From positions 1 through 35,410 of IMG/VR virus record IMGVR_UViG_3300025751_000058: 35,410 nt of DNA; one strand, written 5' to 3'. This stretch comes from a virus. Taxonomy: Duplodnaviria; Caudoviricetes. This document shows, in pieces, positions 10,019 through 17,912 of the stretch. Numbering within the stretch: the first letter of the stretch is position 1; the number at the start of each line of letters is the position of its first letter. A program made the translations under genes and the position numbers. The notes under the pieces were generated by a model. The model was not told the DNA's origin and made no database searches. It saw nothing but the letters and a program-made list of their open reading frames with translations.

Positions 10019-11482
10019 ATGAGCAGTTGTAAATTAGTAATAAAAGATGAAGTGAACGTGAAGTTCGAGAACCTAAGCCTCGAATGGCGCAAGAGATTAT
10101 CAAACAAATTCAAATACGAGATACCATATGCGAGGCATCTACCAGCAGTTAAGTTAGGCAGGTGGGACGGCAAGGTATCATTCTTTGGGTTGGGTGGCAC
10201 AACATACCTAAACCTGGTTGACCAAATACTACCCATTCTGGACGAAGGCGGTGTGTACATAGACGTTGAGGATAAAAGAGAGAAACACAACTTTGAATTC
10301 AAGCAAGTAGACAAAAATTATCTATCACACATAACATGGCCAGAAAATCATCCCGCGGCGGGACAGCCAATCGAATTGCGAGACTATCAAGTGGAAACAA
10401 TCAACAAGTTCATAGAACATCCACAGAGCATACAGGAGATAGCCACCGGTGCGGGCAAGACCATAATCACGGCGGCATTGTGCCAATTGGTGGAACCATA
10501 TGGCAGGACTCTGACTATCGTTCCCAACAAGAGCCTTGTCACACAGACCGAAGAGGACTTCCTCGCTTGTAACTTAGACGTGGGCGTGTACTACGGTGAC
10601 AGGAAAGAGCTGGGCAGATTCAACACCATAGCAACATGGCAATCATTGAACGTGCTTGAAAAGAAAAGCAAGGACGAACACACAACAGATTTCCTAGAAG
10701 CCATACAAGGAATCAACACAGTGATAATAGACGAGGTGCACATGGCCAAGGCAGATGTACTGAAAAGATTGTTGACAGGACCATTCGCACACTGTGGCAT
10801 ACGATGGGGGCTGACTGGCACTGTACCGAAGGCAGACTACGAATTCATGGGATTGAAATGTAGCATAGGTGATGTGTCCAACAGGATACAGGCCAGTGAA
10901 CTACAGGACAAAGGTGTGTTGGCAAACTGTCATGTGAATGTTCTACAAACACAGGATCATCCACAATTCAAAACATATGGAGAAGAGTTGAAATGGCTAA
11001 CTACGGATAAAGTCAGAATGAAATGGGTGGCCAACACCATCAAAGACATATCCTCATCAGGAAATACATTAATACTTGTAGACAGAATATCTGCAGGTGA
11101 AATACTACAAGAGCAACTGGAAGATTCGGTTTTCGTATCTGGGTCAACTAAAAACACAGACAGAAAGGAACAATACGATGAAGTGTCTACAGCGACAAAT
11201 AAAATTATTATTGCCACATATGGAGTGGCTAGTGTTGGTATCAATATTCCTAGGATATTCAATCTTGTTCTTATTGAACCTGGCAAATCTTTTGTGAGAG
11301 TCATACAAAGTATAGGAAGGGGTATTCGTAAAGCAGAGGATAAGGATAATGTTCAAATTTGGGATATTACCAGTAGTTGTAAGTTTGCAAAAAGACACCT
11401 GGGTGCAAGGAAAAAGTTTTACAAAGAAGCCAACTATCCGTTCAATATAGAAAAAATAGATTATGAAAACAATTTTAATTAG
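10019..11482 (+). CDS. uvsW: SF2 DNA helicase, UvsW-like
   Basis: Q motif 'LRDYQ', Walker A 'ATGAGKT', 'IIDEVH', 'GLTGT', 'GINIP', 'QSIGRGIR'; N-terminal 'WDGK' as in T4 UvsW. Confidence 0.9.
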   Translation: MSSCKLVIKDEVNVKFENLSLEWRKRLSNKFKYEIPYARHLPAVKLGRWDGKVSFFGLGGTTYLNLVDQILPILDEGGVYIDVEDKREKHNFEFKQVDKNYLSHITWPENHPAAGQPIELRDYQVETINKFIEHPQSIQEIATGAGKTIITAALCQLVEPYGRTLTIVPNKSLVTQTEEDFLACNLDVGVYYGDRKELGRFNTIATWQSLNVLEKKSKDEHTTDFLEAIQGINTVIIDEVHMAKADVLKRLLTGPFAHCGIRWGLTGTVPKADYEFMGLKCSIGDVSNRIQASELQDKGVLANCHVNVLQTQDHPQFKTYGEELKWLTTDKVRMKWVANTIKDISSSGNTLILVDRISAGEILQEQLEDSVFVSGSTKNTDRKEQYDEVSTATNKIIIATYGVASVGINIPRIFNLVLIEPGKSFVRVIQSIGRGIRKAEDKDNVQIWDITSSCKFAKRHLGARKKFYKEANYPFNIEKIDYENNFN

Positions 11483-12188
11483 TGGGTGTAGTTACAGTGA
11501 AATTTTCTCTCAGGTAGACCTACAGGATTACATCAAAGAAAAATTTAATGTTGATAACATCGTAAATCTAAGTCGCGGTGGCAGTTCCGTAGACAGACAA
11601 ATTAAAGTTGCTATAGAGTGGTTATCCAATAATACTTTCCCTGAACTAGTTTTGATGCCGTTGACACACATAGAAAGGTTTGACGATTCCGTAAGCAGAG
11701 AATTTGATCCAGGAATGGCATACGATGAGTCGCTTTGTGTTTCCATGGATCCGTTTCCCAATGAACAACAAATGAACCACAGGTTCCGGTCTAGGGTCGA
11801 TTTACACACTGTAAATAATCTATTGAAGTATAAGACATTGACCTACAACAACACATCAGCATTCAATAACTTCATAACAAAAATTATTACATTTTCGGGT
11901 TGGCTTCAAAGTAAGAAAATAAAACATCTGTTTTTTAACATGTGTAATAAGTTTGACGAACAGCAATTATCAAGTATCAAAAAACAACTTTTTTTGAAAG
12001 AAAATAAAAATATTATTGATATCTATAAGTTTATTGGTAATAAATTTATGTATGACAACTTAACAAATGAGCTCAAGAATAAAGAAAAAATCAGCACGTT
12101 AGGATTTTACTCTCATCATTATGGCAGTGAATCTAATAAATCGTTGATTGATTATTTAAATTCGTATATTATAAAACAAAGCATATGA
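11463..12188 (+). CDS. SGNH/GDSL-like hypothetical protein, AT-rich insert
   Basis: 'ILISGCSYS', 'NLSRGGSS', C-terminal 'HHYG'. Confidence 0.55.
   Translation: MKTILISGCSYSEIFSQVDLQDYIKEKFNVDNIVNLSRGGSSVDRQIKVAIEWLSNNTFPELVLMPLTHIERFDDSVSREFDPGMAYDESLCVSMDPFPNEQQMNHRFRSRVDLHTVNNLLKYKTLTYNNTSAFNNFITKIITFSGWLQSKKIKHLFFNMCNKFDEQQLSSIKKQLFLKENKNIIDIYKFIGNKFMYDNLTNELKNKEKISTLGFYSHHYGSESNKSLIDYLNSYIIKQSI
12144..12172 (+). promoter_or_regulatory. sigma70-like promoter inside the 3' end of the SGNH insert
   Basis: TTGATT, 17 nt, TATTAT; next ATG at 12185. Confidence 0.45.
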
Positions 12189-12688
12189 AAATTCTTACAC
12201 TGGATAACAGAACATACAAGTTAGAAAAGATACCCGAATGGGTTGATGAAAAGTTGAGATTTGCAGTGCTTGACAATTCGGATCCCGACAATCCTGATTT
12301 CTTCTATATCCCATTGATATTCCTTGAGAGCTTCAATGCTCCAGCGGCGGTGTTGGAGATAGGACCGCACAAGATAAAGATGCCACTGGATTGGAAGATG
12401 TTGATAGGCGAGGCAGGACAACAAGAAATGCATGTGTTACCGATCACAAGTTTGAACGACAGAGGATTTGATGCTTTTGCTTTCAATCCTTTGAGTAGCA
12501 CTAAACCAGAGTTCTATCCCATCGATGTGGTAGACATATACACAGAAGTCAAATGGTATTTCCCTAAAATCAAATCAGGACAGATGCTGGCAGTACCATT
12601 ACAGAATGGGCCAAAACCCATGTGTGCCTACTTCGTTAAGGATATCTCAAGACAGTGCGAACAGGTTGACTATGGCTCAGTCTGGTAG
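12185..12688 (+). CDS. Phage protein with degenerate Hint (intein-like) fold
   Basis: 'AAVLEIGPHKIKMPLDWKMLIG' (block B-like), 'LPITSLNDRG', 'IDVVDIYTEVKWYFPKI' (block F-like); splice-junction residues absent. Confidence 0.5.
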   Translation: MKILTLDNRTYKLEKIPEWVDEKLRFAVLDNSDPDNPDFFYIPLIFLESFNAPAAVLEIGPHKIKMPLDWKMLIGEAGQQEMHVLPITSLNDRGFDAFAFNPLSSTKPEFYPIDVVDIYTEVKWYFPKIKSGQMLAVPLQNGPKPMCAYFVKDISRQCEQVDYGSVW

Positions 12689-12905
12689 GAAATCAATAAC
12701 AATAGACGCACCGATCATGATAACCAGCAACAAGATCGCTGTGTGGATGGACGAAGACTGGATGTTCAGTTTCTTTGACTTCATGAAGAAACACAAATTC
12801 CAATTTTCAGGTTTACAACACAGGAACAAGAAACTAAAATTAACATTTGCAACAGCGAAAGATTGCACAATGTTTGCACTAAAATATGCCAGCAGAAAAA
12901 AATAG
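12672..12905 (+). CDS. Small hypothetical protein (77 aa)
   Basis: ATG 12672 (MAQSGRK...) overlaps both neighbours; ends 'TFATAKDCTMFALKY'. Confidence 0.6.
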   Translation: MAQSGRKSITIDAPIMITSNKIAVWMDEDWMFSFFDFMKKHKFQFSGLQHRNKKLKLTFATAKDCTMFALKYASRKK

Positions 12906-13338
12906 AAAATTCTTTGATCTAAGAAACGGCCTGAAAGCCGTGGACTTCAGGAACAAAGACTACTTCGACAGGATAGATGACAAAGAGAAGTCATTGTACT
13001 CTCCATACATGCTGATGAGGTACGTTTCAAACGTGTCATCCAAGGATCCATTCTACGTGGAACACTATGTTGAGATGGTCAACGAGTGCGTGAACAAGCA
13101 CTGCTTCACATTGGGCAAACACAAGAAACTGTTATGGATACTGACCGCCATGTGTGGTGCAATGACACAGCAGTTCCATCCATGGTTGAAACCCATGAAG
13201 CGTGTGCCAAACAAGAGTCTAAAGAAATTACAGCAGATATATCCCACGTGGAAAGAAGCGGACTTGGAGACGTTGGACAAAGTTATAACAGACAGAGAAC
13301 TAGAGGAATTGATAGAGGCACATGGCATCGACAAATAA
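12886..13338 (+). CDS. Clamp-loader small subunit (T4 gp62-like)
   Basis: 'YSPYMLMRYVS', 'EMVNECVN', 'FHPWLK' pattern, about 150 aa, replication context. Confidence 0.65.
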   Translation: MPAEKNRKFFDLRNGLKAVDFRNKDYFDRIDDKEKSLYSPYMLMRYVSNVSSKDPFYVEHYVEMVNECVNKHCFTLGKHKKLLWILTAMCGAMTQQFHPWLKPMKRVPNKSLKKLQQIYPTWKEADLETLDKVITDRELEELIEAHGIDK

Positions 13339-14005
13339 ATGCACATACTGTGGCAAGGAGTTCGCCAAGGAACGTACACTGCAAGTACACTTGTGTGAAC
13401 CCAAGAGAAGGTATCTGCAACGTGATGAGAAATGGGTGGTGAATGCATTCATGGTGTTCCAGAGATTCTATCAGATACATCAACACAATTCCAAGACAAA
13501 AACATACGACGATTTCGTCAAGAGTTCATACTACAACGCATTCGTCAAGTTTGGTAGATTCATCATGCATATCAATCCATTGTACCCTGACAAATACATA
13601 GACTATGTGCTTCAGTCAAAAGTCAAACTGGACCACTGGGCCAGAGACGATCTGTATGAGTTGTACTTGATCGAAGCACTAAAGTCGGAACCCGTGGAGG
13701 CCGCACTACAGAGAAGCATCACAACCATGATGGACTGGGCCACAGAACAGAACGCACAATGGTCGGACTACTTCAGACTCGTGAACAAGAACAGGGCAGT
13801 GCAACACATACAGCAAGGCAAGATAAGTCCGTGGCTGTTGCTAGGTTGCAACGCAGGCAAAAGGATGTTAAAATCATTCAACGACGAACAATTACAGATG
13901 ATTGAAAGATTCATAAATCCAAGTTTCTGGCCTAGCAAGTTGAAGAGCTATCCAGCCGATCACATGCTGGTGCAGGACACAGCAAGGGAAGCCAAGATTG
14001 TCTAA
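13322..14005 (+). CDS. Phage protein with N-terminal zinc finger
   Basis: 'CTYCGKEFAKERTLQVHLC' (C2HC/C2H2-like finger). Confidence 0.65.
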   Translation: MASTNKCTYCGKEFAKERTLQVHLCEPKRRYLQRDEKWVVNAFMVFQRFYQIHQHNSKTKTYDDFVKSSYYNAFVKFGRFIMHINPLYPDKYIDYVLQSKVKLDHWARDDLYELYLIEALKSEPVEAALQRSITTMMDWATEQNAQWSDYFRLVNKNRAVQHIQQGKISPWLLLGCNAGKRMLKSFNDEQLQMIERFINPSFWPSKLKSYPADHMLVQDTAREAKIV

Positions 14006-14231
14006 GATTGATCTAGAAGTGTCTGATAATTTAGAATTTGATGATGGAGATTGTGCGGTGATAATAAAAGAGGATGGATCAATTGGAAGGGTGATAATGC
14101 CAAAGGTTGATAAGGACATATTGAAAACTGAAGGATACAGAAAACTGCTTGACGTGTTAGAGGTGTTGCAACCTGGCTCGCGTGATAAGATGATACAACA
14201 TGCAGAGAAAGACAAAGGGAGTGTACACTAA
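13998..14231 (+). CDS. Small acidic hypothetical protein
   Basis: TTG start; fills the gap and has a TAATG overlap with the next gene. Confidence 0.6.
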   Translation: MSKIDLEVSDNLEFDDGDCAVIIKEDGSIGRVIMPKVDKDILKTEGYRKLLDVLEVLQPGSRDKMIQHAEKDKGSVH

Positions 14232-14821
14232 TGCCTGATGTAGACATAGATTTTTTTGACAGAGACAACACATTAAAGTTATTCAAACACACCCCGGCAT
14301 CAATAATCAAAGATGGCAAGAGTGAGAAACACAAGACGGGAGTTTACTTCCATGCTGTGCCAGAACACCCTGTGACAGGACACGCAAGTTTAGATTACAA
14401 AAATGCGGAGGACAGGGGTTACTTTAAAATAGACTGTCTTAACGTGAATATCTACAAGGATGTCAAATCAGAACAGGAACTTGTGGAACTGATGATACAG
14501 GAACCTGACTGGGACATGCTGAAGGATCCAAAGATCGTGGAAAACCTTTTCCACCTAAATGGCCACTACAACATAGTGTCCAAACTGGAACCAAAGACCA
14601 TAGAACAACTTGCGGCCGTGTTGGCAATAATAAGGCCAGCCAAGCGACACCTAATGCACAAGGACTGGACAGACATAATGAAAGAAGTTTGGCTCAAGCC
14701 AACAGATGGCAGTTACTTCTTCAAGAAATCACATGCTGTGGCATATGCACAGGCCATAGTGGTACAGATGAATCTGATCAACAGAGCTAAATATAGTTTT
14801 GATGCACCATCAAAAAACTAA
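14231..14821 (+). CDS. Mini DNA polymerase III alpha (DnaE-like) catalytic fragment
   Basis: Begins 'MPDVDIDF' (catalytic DxD); 'KHKTGVY', 'YFKIDCL' (third Asp), 'IIRPA', 'YFFKKSHAVAY'. Confidence 0.85.
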   Translation: MPDVDIDFFDRDNTLKLFKHTPASIIKDGKSEKHKTGVYFHAVPEHPVTGHASLDYKNAEDRGYFKIDCLNVNIYKDVKSEQELVELMIQEPDWDMLKDPKIVENLFHLNGHYNIVSKLEPKTIEQLAAVLAIIRPAKRHLMHKDWTDIMKEVWLKPTDGSYFFKKSHAVAYAQAIVVQMNLINRAKYSFDAPSKN

Positions 14822-14963
14822 AAAAAGAATCAAAAAAAAATCCAAAACAAAATCCAAGTCTTCGCTCCGTTCAGAGAGTTACAGTTATCAGCCGGATAGT
14901 CCTTTAACATTACACTATCTTACAACTGGTGCTATACTTCCTGAAAAAAAGAAGACTAGGTAG
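14802..14963 (+). CDS. Small Lys-rich protein, 53 aa (not in ORF track)
   Basis: MHHQKTKKRIKKKSKTKSKSSLRSESYSYQPDSPLTLHYLTTGAILPEKKKTR; TAAATA at 14788-14793, 8 nt before the ATG; fills an otherwise empty gap. Confidence 0.5.
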   Translation: MHHQKTKKRIKKKSKTKSKSSLRSESYSYQPDSPLTLHYLTTGAILPEKKKTR

Positions 14964-15330
14964 GTCTTCGTACTAATTGGATTGTTCTTCTTTTCACCCG
15001 TTTCTTAGAAATTTCAGACAGTCGCACAGTTGGGCCATGCACTATCTCGACGTCCTTGGAATTGAGGGTGATCAATGTGGATCTGAAGTACCTAAACTCA
15101 CCTTTGAGAAATATGTTGATTGGTAATTTACGATTGGACTCATGCCACCAAGTCTCACCGCATTTCAAGAATTTCATCTTGTCCTGTGGCATCATCAATC
15201 TACCATAATCGTAGAAACTGATAACGTTGGTGTCCTCGTTCTGTACAATGCCCACATACTCCAAATCGCCCTTTCTGATCAGGCTTAGGAATGGGAACTT
15301 GTCCCTCAAAGTATTAAAAATCTCGTTCAT
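14956..15330 (-). CDS. Hypothetical phage protein
   Basis: 124-aa ORF; 'FPFLS...EYVGIVQN...WWHESNRKLPINIFL', basic C-terminus. Confidence 0.7.
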   Translation of the reverse strand: MNEIFNTLRDKFPFLSLIRKGDLEYVGIVQNEDTNVISFYDYGRLMMPQDKMKFLKCGETWWHESNRKLPINIFLKGEFRYFRSTLITLNSKDVEIVHGPTVRLSEISKKRVKRRTIQLVRRPT

Positions 15331-15338
15331 GCTCTATC

Positions 15339-15356
15339 TATAAATACTGTTAAATA
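15339..15356 (+). promoter_or_regulatory. T4-type late promoter(s)
   Basis: Exact TATAAATA at 15339-15346 and a second TAAATA at 15351-15356, 6 nt before ATG 15363. Confidence 0.6.
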
Positions 15357-15362
15357 TGTATT

Positions 15363-16166
15363 ATGCAAACAGTACAAAGGTATTTAATAAATCAATTGGT
15401 AATAGCCTACATAAATGGTTATCACGGAAGGAACTCAAAAGTGTACGATAGACGCTTAACACTGCACAGAGGGGTATCAAACCCAATCACATTCACGTTC
15501 AAGAATGAGGATCAGAAAGCACAAGACATCACAAGCAAGACCTACGAATTCAACATGATCGATTCTGAGAGCAAGAAAGCAGTGCTTACAAAGACACTAA
15601 CCATACTGGACGATGGCTCAACTGTGAGCACCAAAGGTGATGCCAGTTGTACTATCACAGAGGGAGACCTATTACCATTAGATGCCAAGTTCTATAACTT
15701 CTCAGTAAGAGAGGTAAAATCAGATGGTAGCAGAGAGATCACGTATGCAGACACAGGTTATGCGGCCGCTGGCACAGTAGAACTACTGGATGGTGCTTAT
15801 CCAGAATTTGTAGCAAGTACTAGTGTTTCTAGTTTCACAGCATCAGGTGGACCACTTGCATACACATCAGGATCAATAGATGCTAAACCAGGAATCAATA
15901 ACAACAAGGCATTACACACTATTGCTGTGTACACAAAAAACTTCTCAGGTACTTTAAGGGTGCAAGGTACAATGAGTGCTTCTCCAAGCAACACAGATTA
16001 CTTCGATATTACCATGGAAGGTGCGGGTTCCCCAGGGAACACATTCTCAGATTCTACAACAGTATCCAACTTCAACTTCACAGGCGTATACCAAAACGTG
16101 AGATTCAGTTGGGGGAACCACAGTGGTAACACTGGCGTGATTGACAAAATCCTATATAGACAGTAA
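15363..16166 (+). CDS. Putative virion structural protein (BppU-N-like Ig domain)
   Basis: 'LTLHRGVSNPITFTFKNEDQKAQDIT'; Ser/Thr/Gly-rich beta-type composition; late-promoter motif upstream. Confidence 0.55.
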   Translation: MQTVQRYLINQLVIAYINGYHGRNSKVYDRRLTLHRGVSNPITFTFKNEDQKAQDITSKTYEFNMIDSESKKAVLTKTLTILDDGSTVSTKGDASCTITEGDLLPLDAKFYNFSVREVKSDGSREITYADTGYAAAGTVELLDGAYPEFVASTSVSSFTASGGPLAYTSGSIDAKPGINNNKALHTIAVYTKNFSGTLRVQGTMSASPSNTDYFDITMEGAGSPGNTFSDSTTVSNFNFTGVYQNVRFSWGNHSGNTGVIDKILYRQ

Positions 16167-16169
16167 AAT
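16141..16169 (+). promoter_or_regulatory. sigma70-like promoter for primase
   Basis: TTGACA, 17 nt, TAAAAT; primase ATG at 16180. Confidence 0.7.
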
Positions 16170-16179
16170 AGTATAGACT

Positions 16180-17193
16180 ATGAATCTTATACAGAATACA
16201 ATTCTGACTAGCCTGCCTGCGAACAGAAAGAAGACACCAAGCGGATGGATCAGTTTCAACGCACCCTGTTGTGTGTACAACGGTGAGACCGCTGACAAGA
16301 AGAAACGTGGAGGACTGATGACCAGTGCGGACGGAACTGTGAGTTACCATTGTTTCAACTGTGGATTTAAAGCCAGTTATGTGATAGGACGTAAACTGAC
16401 CTACAAGATGAGGCAGTTCATGAGTTACATCGGCATACCCGAGGACACCATACGCAAGTTGGCCATAGAGGCCATGCGTGAGGAGGAAGGCGATGTAAGA
16501 TATGAGAAAAAGAAGTTCGTGTCATTCAAGAACAAAACACTGCCCAAGAACGCACACAAACTGGATGTGTGGCTGGAGAAATATGTGGCCAATGATCTCA
16601 CTGAACCACAATGGAAAAAGATAGACGGCCTATTGAAGTATCTTGAGAGCAGAGGCATAGGCGCCGACTGGTATGACTTCATGTACTCACCTGATCAACA
16701 CTGGGACGTTGATAAAAGATTGTTGATTCCATTTTACTGGCGTGGCGACGTTGTTGGATTCACAGGAAGGATGTTCGAGCAATCGGACAAAGTGAAATAC
16801 TACACAGACGTACAACCAGGATACGTGTTCAACATGGACGCACAGGATTGGACTAGGAAGTTTGTCATAGTAACGGAAGGACCGTTCGATGCCATTGCCG
16901 TTTCTGGTGTGAGCATATTGGGATCAGAGATAAATGATACACAAAGGGAGTTGCTAGATGGTCTTGGTAGACAGGTAATAGTCGTGCCAGATAGAGATGC
17001 TCCAGGGCAGAAATTGGTAGACCAAGCAACAGAATTTGGATGGAGTGTTGCATTTCCGGAATGGGACAAAACAGTTGGCGATGTGGCGGATGCCGTGTAC
17101 AAATATGGTAGGCTGTTTACTATACAATCAATACTGAAAACGACGGAGAAAAGTAAATTGAAAATAGATTTAAAGAGGAAGATGTATGGATAA
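16180..17193 (+). CDS. DNA primase (T4 gp61/DnaG-like)
   Basis: Zn domain 'APCC...YHCFNCG', 'GFTGR', TOPRIM 'VTEGPFDA' and 'PDRDAPG'. Confidence 0.9.
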   Translation: MNLIQNTILTSLPANRKKTPSGWISFNAPCCVYNGETADKKKRGGLMTSADGTVSYHCFNCGFKASYVIGRKLTYKMRQFMSYIGIPEDTIRKLAIEAMREEEGDVRYEKKKFVSFKNKTLPKNAHKLDVWLEKYVANDLTEPQWKKIDGLLKYLESRGIGADWYDFMYSPDQHWDVDKRLLIPFYWRGDVVGFTGRMFEQSDKVKYYTDVQPGYVFNMDAQDWTRKFVIVTEGPFDAIAVSGVSILGSEINDTQRELLDGLGRQVIVVPDRDAPGQKLVDQATEFGWSVAFPEWDKTVGDVADAVYKYGRLFTIQSILKTTEKSKLKIDLKRKMYG

Positions 17194-17905
17194 ACCAATT
17201 TTAGTTTTTGGTGATTCAAATACATACGGTGACGGACTTCCCGACAGTGGTCTTATTGAACCATGGAAACAACATAGTCATTTATCGTGGCCGTATCACA
17301 TGTTTCCAAAAACACAAATAAAAAATCTTGCCTATCCTGGCTGTTCAAACGATACAATATGTTTGAAACTAGTCAGACACGCCTCAAAAGATAATGTAGT
17401 TCTTATAATGTTTCCCACTCCAACGAGAATACACATGATTAAAAAAGGTTTTAATTTTATTGTGAGTCACAATGGAACCCAAGCAATATCCGATAATGGA
17501 GATGAAAACTGGGTGGCAAAACAAATCGCAGAAAAAGACGAAGAAAAAAATACAAGATATTTTGTAGAAAATTTTGACGATAATTTTCTAGAAATGATTT
17601 TCCTTAAAAATATATTATGGTGTCAGTATTTCTGTGTTAGCAATAATATTGAGTATTATTTTACACTTGCTAACACTTATGAAAAAACCAAAATGGGAGG
17701 TAGTCTTGAAAAATATAGAGATAGTCTATATAACAATATCAACTGGAATAATATTTTTTTGATAGAAAATATACACGGATTTAGAGACTATGCAGAAAAG
17801 GTAAACGCCAAAAAGTTATCTGATAAAAAACACTATGATCAAGAGTATAACAAACTATTTGGTAATTTATTTTTAGATTGGATTAATTTAAAAAAACAAG
17901 TATAA
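17186..17905 (+). CDS. SGNH/GDSL-like hypothetical protein, AT-rich insert
   Basis: 'VFGDSNTYG', 'SWP', 'NLAYPGCSN', C-terminal 'DKKHY' (DxxH). Confidence 0.65.
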   Translation: MDKPILVFGDSNTYGDGLPDSGLIEPWKQHSHLSWPYHMFPKTQIKNLAYPGCSNDTICLKLVRHASKDNVVLIMFPTPTRIHMIKKGFNFIVSHNGTQAISDNGDENWVAKQIAEKDEEKNTRYFVENFDDNFLEMIFLKNILWCQYFCVSNNIEYYFTLANTYEKTKMGGSLEKYRDSLYNNINWNNIFLIENIHGFRDYAEKVNAKKLSDKKHYDQEYNKLFGNLFLDWINLKKQV

Positions 17906-17906
17906 T
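17878..17906 (+). promoter_or_regulatory. sigma70-like promoter giving a leaderless helicase mRNA
   Basis: TTGGAT, 17 nt, TATAAT (17901-17906); ATG at 17913; no SD. Confidence 0.6.
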
Positions 17907-17912
17907 AACATC

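Noticed and set aside
12185-12688. Active intein or trans-splicing partner of the mini-DnaE
   Set aside because: No N-terminal Cys/Ser, no block B His, no terminal His-Asn, and no intein half attached to either DnaE ORF.
14812-14821. A-AAA-AAC slippery heptamer just before the mini-DnaE stop codon
   Set aside because: The -1 frame gives only a short low-complexity extension with no DnaE motifs and no clear stimulatory structure; the A-run is explained by the Lys-rich +1 ORF.
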